From the NCBI RefSeq assembly GCF_009914755.1, contig NC_060940.1: a stretch of DNA of 64,000 bases; one strand, 5' to 3'. The notes under the pieces are model-generated. The model was not told where the DNA came from. It saw only the letters and a list, made by a program, of their open reading frames with translations, and searched no databases. Positions 1 through 16,688 of this stretch are shown here, in pieces. The position numbers and the translations under genes are program-made. Source of the stretch: the human T2T-CHM13v2.0 reference genome, Homo sapiens. Each line of letters opens with the position of its first letter. Position 1 is the stretch's first letter.

Positions 1-450
1 CGCGTCCAAGAGGGGAGGCCTGGTGTGGGGACGCTCAGGTGCCGGCGTGGGGCCCCCTCGGAGGCTGTGAATCTTTTGGACCCCCGAATGTAAATGGGAG
101 ATGGTAGGGGCCGGTCCGGGGGCGAGAGGTGTCTGGCTGGGGAACGTTGACCCACACCAGGTCCCGTACAGGAACGGAGACTCCCTAGGACCGTGAGAGC
201 CAGCTTCGTAATTCTCTTGCTCTTCAAACCTGAGAGTAGGGTGTTGCTCCGTTACCTTCCATTCGTGTGCAGGAGAGAGTTAAGTAAATCAATAAAGAAG
301 GTATCAGCAAGTGAGAAATGCCCCCCAAAGACCGGATGAGGTGACAGAAGATGGGGGGAGGGCCCCTCGAAATCGGGTAAGGTCGTTCAAAGGAGGCCAC
401 GGTTTTGCGGGGATCCGAGACAATGGGTTTTCTGGGTGGAGAGAAGAGCC
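1..450 (+). promoter_or_regulatory. LYRM1: GC/CpG-rich 5' region of LYRM1 (edge of CpG island); candidate first-exon donor CAG|GTGCCG at 38/39
   Basis: Highest non-Alu CpG/GC density in the window; upstream of the LYRM1 coding exons; the TSS is probably at or before the window start. From recollection this promoter is shared head-to-head with DCUN1D3, which is not visible here. Confidence 0.6.
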
Positions 451-519
451 AATGAGAAGGACTTTTAGGTTGGAAACAGCCAGAAGGCCATGTGGCTGAA
501 GCAAACAGAGCCAGGGCCG

Positions 520-1450
520 GAGTGCCCTGTGATGTAGTTGGGGAAGTGGCATGACTGTAGCAGCGCCTTTTAGCCCAAGGCAGGGGTTTGGCTAATGTGT
601 ACCTTAAGGGTTTTAAGAAGGGAAGTGACCTGACCTGATTTACATTTTTAAAAATCCGCTCTGCCTGCTGGATAGAGAAGGGTGGAAGTAGTTAGACCTG
701 TTAGGAGACTGTTGCACTGTAAGACAAAGGAGAGGTGAAGATAGTGTTGAAAGGGCCGGCCGGGCGCGGTGGCTCACGCCTATAAACCCAGTACTTTGGG
801 AGGCCTAGGCGGGCGGATCACGAGGTCAGGAGATCGAGATCATCCTGGCCAACATGGTGAAACCCCATCTCTACTAAAAATACAAAAATCAGCTGGGCGT
901 AGTGGCACGCGCCTGTAATCTCTGCTACTCAGGAGAATCGCTTGAACCCGGGAGGTGGAGGTTGCAGTGAGCCAAGATCGCGCCACTTCACTCCAGCCTG
1001 GGCAACGGAGTGAGACTCCGTCTTAAGAAAAAAGAAAAGGCCCTCAGTCACAGTGGAAATGGAGAGAATTCCATTCAGCATATATTTGGGAGGTAGTGCT
1101 TGCAGGACTTGCTGGGGAATTGGATGTGAAGTGTGTAGGAGAGGGAGGAACCAAGGTTAACTCCCTACGGGAAAACAGTTTAGAAAGGAATATCGAAAGT
1201 TCTCTTTTGAACATATTAAGTTTGATAAGTCTATTAACAAGTCAAATGAAGTTGTCAAGAAGTTAGATATACAAGTCGGGGAAAAATCATAGTTGGAGAT
1301 AATAAATAAGGAAGGCAGGGAGGAGCTCCCAGATCACCTAAGAAGAGCGTGTAAATAAAAGAGGAAGACCCCTAAATCCCTTGGGTTCTTACCATTTAGA
1401 GAGTACCCAGAGAAGGAGAAGCCAGCAAAGGAGACGACACAGACAAGACC
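520..1450. mobile_element. Degenerate L2-like fragments interrupted by the Alu
   Basis: Resemblance to recalled L2 text (gacctgatttacattttta, ttggatgtg, gagaagccagcaaaggagac). Confidence 0.45.
758..1033 (+). mobile_element. Alu (S-type), small deletion in right arm
   Basis: ggccgggcgcggtggctcac...gagactccgtc plus A tail. Confidence 0.9.
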
Positions 1451-1631
1451 TCAGAGATCAAAGGAAGAGGCCCCTTAATATCCTGGAATAATGGGACCCA
1501 TCCCCGTAATCAGTGAATCTCATCCACCCGCTTGCCAGCTTCTACCCGCAGCAAGTAGAAGCTAAGTCCTGGCTCAAATCTCTTCCCTCCCTCCCTCTCC
1601 CAGCTGTCAGTGCTTTTGGACTTGTGCTCAG
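1400..1631 (+). other. LYRM1: Candidate alternative non-coding 5'UTR exon of LYRM1 (acceptors at 1399/1400 or 1603/1604; donor CAG|GTAATT at 1631/1632)
   Basis: Good donor; ttcttaccatttag acceptor at 1399; strong pyrimidine-tract acceptor tcttccctccctccctctcccag at 1603. No transcript evidence is available here. Confidence 0.55.
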
Positions 1632-2334
1632 GTAATTTGTGTCCGTTATAGAAAACCTGACTTTTTGGATAAATTGTCTGTTTATATGGCTGTCTCCCCC
1701 AGGTACTGTTTCTTATTTGTGTCTTCCTGGCTCCTGGTACAGAGCCTTGTCCATATGGTGGTTGTAGCTGGGCAGGAACACTGTGTTCATAAGGTATCAG
1801 CCATACAATCCAACAGCTTCTCACAAAAAGGGGCTTTTGTCCCTGCCACTGCTGCCAAGCCCACCACAATTACGATCAGTTCCACAATATAGTGTAAAGG
1901 GTATCAGAAGATGAATAAGAAGGCCTGGGTTTCAATCCTGGATCTGCCACTGACCAGCAGAGTGGCCATGGATAAAGCTCTTCTCTCTGAGCTGAAGGGT
2001 TGGCCTAGATTTGAAGTTGCATACTGACAAGACAGATATTGCCTGCAAACATATTGTTCAGCCCACACAGTGATTTAAATTCTTTTTTAAATTTACTTGC
2101 CAACATTTAAAAATTGGACATCAAAATCCAGACTTTGGGCTTCATTTGAAAAATCCGACAATCTGACAACACCAGCCTGAAGTTCCTAGAGGTTCCTACA
2201 CAGCAACTGTCAGCCAGAGCTGAAGAGCTGTCTCCCGTCTATGTGGCTCATGCTCAGGGTTTGCCAAAAAGGCCTCTCCTCTCCTGCTACCTGGCTGACC
2301 CCTGTGGGCATTTGATTTGCAATTCTTGGTCTAG

Positions 2335-2508
2335 GGCTGTGCTATCCCTGTGTAGCCACTGACCACATGTGACTATTTAAATAAAAATTCAGTTCCTCCA
2401 ACACAGTATGTTTCAAGTGCCAGTAGCTACCTGTGACAGGTGTGTGTCCTATTGGACAGAGCAGATAGAACCTTTCCTTCACAGAAAGTTATCTTGGTCA
2501 GCATTGGA
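2335..2508. mobile_element. hAT-Charlie MITE (MER3/MER33-like)
   Basis: tagccactgaccacatgtgactatttaaat...cagatagaac...cacagaaagt resembles the recalled MER3 consensus. Confidence 0.6.
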
Positions 2509-2880
2509 CTGGAGGAACTCGAGGGTACTATGTAGGCTAGTCATTCTCCGCATGTGAAACTCAAGGGACTTAGCCTACTGAGGAGCTCTGGTGCCTCTGC
2601 AGATGGGAAAGTTGCGCATTCAGTAGTTATTTGATGGTGGAGGAAGCTGTCCTGAAGGCCTGGACCCCTGCACAGAATGTGGTTATTTATCAGAGAGTTG
2701 GATCAAGGGTCAGGTGCTAGAAAGCCCCAACTGTATCTAGTGTGGCATGCAAAGCTCTTTGGTCAGTTTCCTAATCCAGTTCCTCAGAAAACTATAACAA
2801 AGCAAGAACTTAAGTCAGTGTCTTGTGTTCTCAGACTTTTCGATTTGATATGAAGGGTGAAAGATCCTGGCTGGGGAGTT

Positions 2881-2912
2881 ATGAATGAATGAATGAATGA
2901 ATGAATGAATGA
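2881..2912. repeat. (ATGA)8 microsatellite
   Basis: Direct reading. Confidence 0.95.
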
Positions 2913-3604
2913 TCTTTAGCATTGGCCTTCAATTCCAGCCCCCCCACCACATCTCTTCCACTGCCTTCTACTACTAGTAACTGGTGACTGCTTTTTCACC
3001 ACCTCTGACTGACCCGTACCTTTTCTTTGCCTGTTAAAATATGCTAATAAGGAAACATACTTCCATTTCTTTTGAATTGAGGGGCCCATAACTTTTCATT
3101 TAGAACTTCTATCCCTGATGGGAAAAATAGCTGTATATCTATTGGTTGTTATCTTGGTTACAGTAGCCTGATTGGAGTTCCCCTGTACAAATATAATCTT
3201 GTGTGCGCTCCGGTGCTGGTATGATATATTTAGAATGGGTGTGCTTGCCTCCTGTGATCTTGTTTGGGATAGACATTTTAGAAGTCTTTCAGACATTTTT
3301 TGTTTTGGCCCCGTGTTCTAAAAACTTCCCATATTACAGGGCCTAAACTAAATTATTTTCCCTTAGGTAAAATAAAAATGCCATCCACCCTCTCCTCCCT
3401 GCCCCCTATTGCTGACAGACCATATTCTTATCATTTTCTGTGTAAAAAGATGCTGTTTCATAAAATAGCTGCGGTATGATTAAGTATACCACACAAGCAT
3501 ATCCTGAAATTTGCAAAACAGTGTGTGGCATGTGAGGCATTACACTTCCCTTTTTGGATTCTAGTAACCAAAAACTGAATCTGAAACAGGAAATAAGTCT
3601 GTGG

Positions 3605-3606
<2 letters not shown>

Positions 3607-3640
<34 letters not shown>
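3607..3640. repeat. (GT)17 microsatellite
   Basis: Direct reading. Confidence 0.95.
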
Positions 3641-3642
<2 letters not shown>

Positions 3643-6274
3643 AATTGATAGGAGGATATGGGACCAGAAATGTATGGAGAACAATTTCACTTAAAGGTTA
3701 TTGGATTGGGGTAAGAATATGGGTGTACACCAAAAAGGAGGGAGTATAACAGATCTAAGAGAAAAGTGCCCTGAGGGATAAACAAGGAGTAAGAGATAAA
3801 GGAAGAAAAATAGGAAGGGAAGCCTGGTCATGCCTTTGGTGTTGGCACCTGCATTATATTTCCAGTAAGAAGTATGCGCTGTGGTCTGAAGATAAGCGGT
3901 GCTTCCAACAGGGTTATTTACTCATACCAAAGAACAATAGTCCTTTGCTGTACAGGGATTATTAATGATCAGAGGGAAACAGCTTTAGGAAAATCCATTA
4001 CTACCACAAAGCAATAAATTCACCAACAGGCCACACATTTCTCTCCTATTCAGACAAAGCTTAGCATAGATAAAAGAGACCTCGTTGTTCTTCCTCTGTT
4101 TCCTCCTATTCAGGTAACATTTGCCTTTGTTAACTCTCAGTGCTAAGTGATGTTACATGGATTATTTCATGAATAATCCTTACGACTCTGAAAGGGGTTC
4201 TGCTATTACCCCATTGTACATTCTAAGAAACCAAGTCTCAGGCAGTTAATAATTTGCCCAATGGGGTAAAGTCAAGATTCAAACCCAGCCTTGTCCGCCC
4301 AGAGCCCAAAATAAATGTTCATTTATTTTGTATTATATCTGCTATTCCTTACAAATGGGACAGACATTCCCTACTCTGCTATACAGGGCAAGAACATCTG
4401 GTTGCTCTGACATTAGCAAGAGCATTTCAATTCTGTAGAGGTTTTCCAAATGATAGTTTTAAGTCACAGTTTTCTAGATTGATTTTAACCCATGATCATT
4501 GAGTATAGTGGACCTTATTCCCCAAAAGGATTTTTTCAGGAAAAAAGTATCAGAACCCCATTCTTCTATGTTTGGTTCTAAACTTCATGGAAATATTATA
4601 AGGTATTTCAGTCCAGTGGACAAACCCTAACCAGCCTTAAGAAAACTTAAGAGTGAGGGTTACATCATAGCTGTGTCTCTTACGCTGTTCTGGATGAAAC
4701 TGATGAGGATTCCTCCCCAAGTAACACTGAGTCTCCAGTTCTTTATCCTGACACACACTGCTCTTGAAAGCATCCTAGTAAGGGTTAATTAGTATTTAAC
4801 CCTTCAATGCTCTGGGATCATCAGTTGGGAAGCTTGTCCAGATACCATCGTGTGTATCTCAGGATGAGAACATACGTTATCAATGACCATTCTGTGTGTG
4901 TAAATTTATTCTTCTAATACATATTTGTCATGTTCCAACTATGTGCCAGCCTAGGCATGTAATGTACAAGACAGTCCCAAATCTCCCCCTGCTCTCCCCA
5001 CCTCCTACTCCCTGCAACACACACATGGTGGAAAAAGAAAGGTAAGTCATGCAAAATTATGATAGAGTAGGATGAACATTATGACAGGGGTATGCCAGAG
5101 GTGCCAGGAGTGCACATAGCCGGGACACTGACCCAGCCCCAGTGTGAAAAGGGCACCCGTCCAGAAGTGATGGAAGTCAAAAGGTGGAAGCAGCAAATAG
5201 GCAAAGAAAGGGTATTTCAGTTGTATGAAGTAGAGAGGCTTCCTATGGCAAAAAGAGGGACATTGCACATACAGAAGACCATGATCTCATTTGGGTGGAG
5301 TTTATGATTCCCCCTCCTTGCTAAAAAATCATAAAGTACTTGGGAGAGAAATTTGACTATACTACGGTCATGAGTTCTGATGAGGGAAAAAATTCCACCT
5401 AGGGGTAGGTCTTTCCTGAAATAAATGGAAAGGGGTGTTTAACTTCCTGGGGCTTGAAAATCAGGGTAAATTCCTCTTGCCTTTGTCCCATTTCTTATTT
5501 GTACTGCAACACATTTTCTTTAGAAGGCAAAGCCTCATGAGAGTCCAGCATTTGGAATTTGGACATTCCTGAGACCAGAGTCATACTTCTATAAATCTCA
5601 GCTGGGGAAAGGGAATTTTCATCTCTGCTCTTAAATTCCTAAGTGTTCATGCTGCAATGGTCTTTCCAAAGGCAGAGGAACTGTTCCAGAGGTGGGGTAA
5701 AAGGGCACAGTGGATGAGGCCCCTCATACCAGCAGATCTTTCCATAGTCCTCCTGTAGAAACACCAAGTGTCTGGGTATGCCTTGTACAGTAAGTTCTTG
5801 GAACCTCCCCAGACCCTCTCACTGCACTTTGGACAGTGAGTGGCAGAGTGGGTGGGTGTTTGGTGTTTGGTTTTTGTTTTTGTTTTTTAGACTGATCGCT
5901 GCCCATTATGAGTCCCCATTACTGACTCCAAAATAGAAAAGCTTGTGGTCAGTCAGGAAAATGATCATCCAGCTTTTTTGGCTCTTGACCCTGACTCCTG
6001 TCAACTAATTAGGGGCATTAGGCAAGATCTTGTTTCACCATCTGTACAAGTGTTGGAATTATAAGTAGTTATGATATACAGTAGTTTGATATACAGTGTA
6101 TTTAAAAAGATATAAATCAGACCGTGTTACTCCAGCTTGCATAAAATCTACCAGTGTCTTTTGCGCTTAAGACCAGAAACAAAGTGCCTTTCCAAGGCCT
6201 ACCCCCAACCTGTGCTGGATTCTGTGGACCTGTGGCCCCTTTCCCAAAGGCTCTTGTTGCATTCATGTTCATCT

Positions 6275-6588
<314 letters not shown>

Positions 6589-7329
6589 TGAAGTCGATTC
6601 CCACGTCACATCCTTTGCTCCTGTTGTTCCCTCTACTTGCACCAGCTTCCCCTTACCTGGGTCCGTTATTAGGTTCCATCACACCATTCAGGACTCAGCT
6701 CAAATGTCACTGACCACCCAGAAAATAACCCCCACCTCTGGTCATTTGTATCTTATTACTCTTCAGAGCACATATGACTGTCTGAAATTCTTGTTCTTGT
6801 ACATCATCTGCCTATGCCACTAGAATATAAGCTCAAGGAGGGTAGGGACCATGGCTGCTTATTTATCACTGTATCCCCAGAAACGGCAGGTGTCTGGCAC
6901 ATGGTGGACCTTCAATAAATGTTGAGTGAGTGGATGGATGGATGGATCCTTGGAAGGGAAGAGTAAGGCCTACCAGGTAGTAGCACTGTAGTGAGCCCCT
7001 GCACTGGTGGCTTTTATGTTGGCTCCATTGGAGTCAGAGGGGACAGGGTTGCCACGGGGAATGGAAGAGCAAAGCGGTGCAGCCATGTGCCCAGCCTGCT
7101 TAGAGCATGCTGGTGTGTAACATAATTAAAAAGGGCGGTTGCAGGTTAGGAGCAGGGGCAGGTGGCAAATGGGGAAGGCTATTGGAATTCACATCAATGT
7201 GCAAAAAAATTGCTTCCTTTGCTCTTTGTATAGAAAGGGACTAGAATTATTTAGTTCCCTTTGTCACAACTAGCTAAGCTCTTTAAAGCAATCAACAGAC
7301 ATTCAACATTTATTGAGATTGAACAGTGT

Positions 7330-7530
7330 ATTTCGTGATTAAAAGCATGGGCTCTGACTTCAGACCAGCTGAGTTTGAATCCTAGCCCTGCCTATTGTTA
7401 GCTGTGTGACCTTGGACAAGTTACTTAGTCTCTGCATCAGGTTCCTCCTTTGTAAAATGGGGATAATGGTAGTATCTGCATATATAGAGTACCTAGCAAA
7501 TTATCTGGCACACAGTAAATGCAAAGCAAA
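7330..7530. mobile_element. MIR
   Basis: gctgtgtgaccttggacaagttactt...ttcctcctttgtaaaatggggataat MIR core. Confidence 0.75.
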
Positions 7531-10096
7531 TGTAACTTTTAATATTTTTCTTACTGTAATGAACAAGATACAATCCCTGCCCTTCAGGAATTCAGACTCA
7601 GAGAAGAAAAAACAGAGTGAAAGAAATGCAGAACTATCTGCTGGCCATGATAGAAGCAAGGAAAAGGTTGCTTTGGAAAAGCTTAATAGCAAGTAGGTGT
7701 CTGTTTGATGGTGTGGGGTGGCTAGCAGAAAGGAGACATTGTAGGCAGAGGAAGACTCAGCCAAGACAGACAGAAGTATGACATGGCAAGGCACCTTAGA
7801 GCAGTAGCTCCCAAACTTCAGAGTCCACATCACAGTTTTTGCTGTTTACCTATATTTTAAACTAGCTTAAAAAGTTTTCTAATTCATTTCTTTAAAGGAA
7901 GCTGTATATCACATAAAATCTAAATCACTCAAAATTATGGGTTTGATGGGCTTTTCTAATATACAGTTTGTATTGTATATCTAAGATCACCTCCCCAACC
8001 AATCTTTGGGACACTTGGCATTAGGGGACACATCTCTTAACTATGACCAGAGGCCACAACACACTGGCAGCAACATCTGTCAGCCTTTTCTTAGTGGCAC
8101 AGGCCTGCACATCACAGAGGCTTGGAAATGATCCTCACCTCCACACATGTATATCCCTGTGTTATAACAGGGCGTGATTTTTAAGAAAAGAGACCAGCTT
8201 CTAGTCCCATTTCTTTCCAGGCACACCTCATATCTTCTGTCTTTCTTCATTCTGGGATTTGGGGGTTAGGGAGATGAAAAGGAGTAAAGAATTGGAAGAA
8301 ATGTCGGTCTCAGAATAAAGATTATAGAAGGTTAACTTTTAAAAATCTACATGGATAGACTTCGTGACCAGCTGAGACCGCAGTTGAATTGTGGTCCTCT
8401 AAACTACTGAATATTCCTGATGTATTGCTGGTAAGAAAATCCCAGCAGACCCCATTGTATCAGATCAACCCCTGATGTAGTGAAGAAGGAAAAGGGCTTC
8501 CTTAGTCTTGCATTAATTGTGAGAGATAATTGATAGTTTTAGAGCAATAAATGTTGGTTTCAAGCCATTAAATCCATATTCGGGAAAAGCTGATTTTTCT
8601 AAATAAGTTGCTTTCTAGGAACAAAGACAAAAATATAAAAAGGAAAAGAGCTTTTTAAACTTTTTAAAAAATATATGGCTGATTCTGTTTCTAGAATCAC
8701 AAACTTTCTATAGCACAGGATACTCTCAATTATTCAGCAAACATTTATTGAATACTGATTATATACCTTTCTAGGTGCTGAGAATTCAGCAGTAAAGAAG
8801 ATGAATGTGATCATTGTCCCCCATAAAAATGAGAGTTTACTGGGGGAAGACTTTAACAAACCATTACTTAAGTGAGGAGTGCTATACAAACAAGAATATT
8901 AGGACCTGTGAGAAGGTTCAACAGAGAGCCCCAACCCAATGGGTGTGAGGGAAGCAGGAAGATTTTCTGAGACATCCATATTTTCACTGGGAACGGCAGG
9001 ATGGATAGGGTTGGTCAGGTAAAAGGGAGGGGTTCAGGGGAAAGCCTTCTAGAAAGAGAAAACTGCATGGATATGTGCCCCTAAGGCAAGAAAGAACATG
9101 GTTCCCTCAAAGACCTGAAACAAACCCAGTAAGAAAAGAACAAAAGAAACATTTTTCTTTTCTTGCCTTTTCTCTCAAGACTTGGAAGGAAATGGTAGGC
9201 TAGATTTAATAGGACACAATGGTGAATACAGCTTTAGACCCTTCTCTCAGGAAATCTTTGAAACTTGGGTTTTCTGGGTCACCTGATGTTGCAGAGTGAG
9301 ACATCACATAAATCCCTTTCAGGATTAGTTTTCAAAACACTTAAACGTTAATTAAAGTGTTTTGAAAATAGTCCTATTAAGTACCAATTGTTAGCACTGC
9401 TCATTACCTTGAGGGTATTAACCTAATTGCAGGGCTTGTGTATCAGATTATGGTATATGATCAGTTAGAGTTTGAAACAGTGATTCTTAGAGTCATAGAA
9501 GGAAACTAATTAAAGTTAGATTTTTAGAGAAGGTTGCTTTAGCCAGTTGTTGTGGCGCACGCCTGAGGTCCCAGCTACTCTGGAGGCTGAGGCAGGAGGC
9601 TCACTCGAGCCTGGGAGGTCAAAGCTGCAGTGAGCCATGATCATGCCACTGTACTCCAGCCTGGGTGACAGAGCGAGACCCTGCCTCTAAAAAAAAAAAC
9701 AACAACAACAAAAAACCTTGCTGCTGATTGAATATGCCTGACCTTGGTCACTTTTCTCAAGTGTCTTGCAGTCAAGGAAGTTCCGTCTGTTAATGACAGG
9801 GAAGTGAAGCAATCATTAAGAGATGTTAGTTACAGACTCCCTGTACCTCACAGGAACTGACTCATGTATTTTCATATGAAACCATGGAGTTTTAGGGAGA
9901 GCCAGAAACTCAGAAACCTGTTTCCTTACCAGGAAAAATGTCATCATCTCATCTGGGTTTTTATTACAATAAGCCACAAAGCATGATGTTCTCTCTTGGT
10001 TTTTATGAATTCCTTGTAAGCATTTTTTTCTGTGCAGCCTCATAGACTCAGAATTGGTATTGAATATAACTTTGGTCCTTTTAACCTTTGAATTAG

Positions 10097-10178
10097 GTGA
10101 AGTAGTATTTGAAGCTTTTCATCAGTTGGCTCATTCTTTACTCAAGAATAAACCTCAAGAAACGTCATCAGGGTCAGA
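10097..10178 (+). other. LYRM1: Candidate 82-nt non-coding cassette exon in LYRM1 5'UTR
   Basis: Acceptor ccttttaacctttgaattag| and consensus donor AGA|GTAAGT; no ATG inside; unique sequence. Confidence 0.45.
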
Positions 10179-10614
10179 GTAAGTGCTCATATTGGAAAGA
10201 GAAATTCTCTGTAAGTTGAATTCCTTGCAAGTACTTAGAATTTTGAGGTAAACGTGCCCACTTCCAGCTCCAATCTGCATTCTTTAGCTGCTCAAATTCT
10301 CATAATTTCAGGACTACCCTAAAGCATATTATCTCCACCTCTTATGCCTTTCCCTCCATAAGTTGAAAATGGATCATGTTCCCAAAAGCAAGCAGTGAGC
10401 AGCTTACTTCCCGATCCTGATGAGCCTGTTAGAGGAAAACCCAGAACTCAGAATGAGGTGTCCAGCTGCCTGGCCTTGCTACTTACTCACCAAATCTGCC
10501 CTCCTTGTCTTCCCACCCTGTCTTCTGGTTCAAGGCTGTACAATATTCATTGTTCTAATTCTGACTAATCAGAATCTTCCAGTAGTGGGACTTTTTTTTT
10601 TCTAGCTTCCCTGA

Positions 10615-13515
<2,901 letters not shown>

Positions 13516-14104
13516 TCACATTTTCAAAAATAATGACTTAGTGTGTTTTTTTGAGATGTCATATTTTTAAAATCTGGATTGCCACCTATTTTTAAGCTAT
13601 CAGGAAATCTGGCATTCCTAGGCACTTCTTTCTACATGGCAGCTGCTGGCTGGAGCTGAATGGCAACTGTTCCCTTTCAAGGGGGCATTTCCTGTCCAGG
13701 TGGCCACTGTCCCCATCCAAGCAAGTCCTCTCATTTATATTACCTGCCAGGCCGCAGAGGCACTTGAGTTTGTAACCAGTGGATTAAATTCCATTTCTCC
13801 CTTAACTAGAAAATTCAGTTATCAAAAATATGCCTTCACCTAGGCATTCAGGTGAGTAATATAATTTTACTGGACTGGCTTAAAGAATAATAAGTGTGAG
13901 CTTTGGTTTTGCCGTGTTCATAAATGTGGCCACCATGGCAAACGATGTGGTTAAGCAACCCTCAACCTCGGGATGAATTACAAAGCCAGTTGAGAGATAC
14001 GGTGTTTCTATTAGATGGTTTCAGCAATGCTACCCAACAGATTTGTTGAGAAAGAGCAATTATTTCTAGACTAATTAAAGGTCTTAATTAAAAAACTGTA
14101 CATC

Positions 14105-14385
<281 letters not shown>

Positions 14386-14469
14386 AAAAAACTGTACATC
14401 TGCCTGGTGCCTCCTGTCAAGTTGCATTTTTATGCAAATTTTCCCTCTTCTATTTTGGTGGGTCTGAAG

Positions 14470-14628
14470 ATGACAACGGCAACACGACAAGAAGTCCTTG
14501 GCCTCTACCGCAGCATTTTCAGGCTTGCGAGGAAATGGCAGGCGACATCAGGGCAGATGGAAGACACCATCAAAGAAAAACAGTACATACTAAATGAAGC
14601 CAGAACGCTGTTCCGGAAAAACAAAAAT
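14470..14628 (+). CDS. LYRM1: LYR motif-containing protein 1, first coding exon (aa 1-53, [23 protein letters not shown]...FRKNKN)
   Basis: AG|ATG acceptor; LYR tripeptide with downstream F-R-K-N-K typical of Complex1_LYR proteins; donor AAT|GTAAGT; 159 nt, phase 0. Confidence 0.97.
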
Positions 14629-15845
14629 GTAAGTAGGCCCCACTTGGAGATTGTGCAGAGGAGAGTTGTTCCTTATGATATTTGTTTATTTCTTTTCGGT
14701 CTTTAATCAAGAGGGCTGAGCCGCACAGTCATGGTGGCAGAACTTGGGGCAGGAAGGGGCCAGTGCACAGCTTGGCTAGCTTGCCTGACCACTGGGAAGC
14801 CTGTGTTTCTCTCTTCACTTGTTCCAGGTCTCAAGCCAGCCAGTAAGTGGCTCAGTGTCCTCAGAAGACCCTATGAGCCAGGTGACATGAGCAGGCCAAT
14901 GAGTTTTCAGAGGAGGAGCCAGTCCTCATACTGTACCAGTTGCTGGCCACTCCCATAGGAGGTGTGCAGGAAAGTGGTTTTTTGTTGTTGTTGTTGTTTT
15001 TTTTTTCAATTCATAAACTATTCAAAGCCTCTAAATATAAACCCATTTAGAAGGAAGAGAATAGGATTAAGACACAGGGTTTCCTTCATAACAGCTTTGA
15101 ACTCAAGCCTCTTTGGCTAGCAGAGTGAGATTGCCCTTTGGGACCACAGAACTGGGTAAAATAGTGTCTCCATTAGCTGGTTTAAGGGAACTGCACACAC
15201 AGCAGGGAGCCAGATTGGACCACCCCCCTACAAACCCTAAAGCGTTAGCTGTTAGCTCCGGGGAAGACCTCCCGGCACTAAGCATGGAAAAAGGCTTTCA
15301 CACCCGACTTCTCTTCCGTCTCCTCACTGATCTAATGGATTCAGCGCGGTCACTGCTCCCCTCATGAAACTTCCTAACAGTCTACTCTCACCACTTTTCC
15401 CTCTCTGACCTCTGACTGTCTCTCTTCAGCCGTGTCATCACACACCCTCCCGCCAGCTGCAGGGGTCCTCTGAAGGTCAGCCCTCTGTGCTGAGGCCTGT
15501 GCAACATGCAGCCACCTTGTGATTTAAGCTGTCACATCTGAATCCCCAGCTTTGGCCTCTGCCTGGCCACCTGAAGGACCTCACCACGGCTCAATGGTCC
15601 AAAGCAGGGTCATCTTTCTACAGGAGTGCCTCCCCTTCCCCACTGGCCCATTGGTGTCACAGCTCCTGTCACCACTCTGCAACTCTTTGTTCTCATTCCT
15701 CACTCAACAAATATTTGATTGCCCACTATGTGCCAAACACAAGACTAGATGTCGAAGACAAACATAAGCCAAACCAAGACACATCTGTCAAAGGCATTTG
15801 AGTTAGATGGAAAGAAATATAAAATTACAGTTGGGAAAAGTGCTA

Positions 15846-16688
<843 letters not shown>

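Noticed and set aside
10147-10152. AATAAA in the candidate cassette exon as a premature poly(A) site
   Set aside because: It lies 26 nt from a consensus 5' splice site that should suppress it, and no clear downstream element follows.
14407-14706. 99-aa ORF as a single-exon gene
   Set aside because: Only 14470-14628 is exon; the flanks are intron read-through from a GTG start and past the GTAAGT donor.
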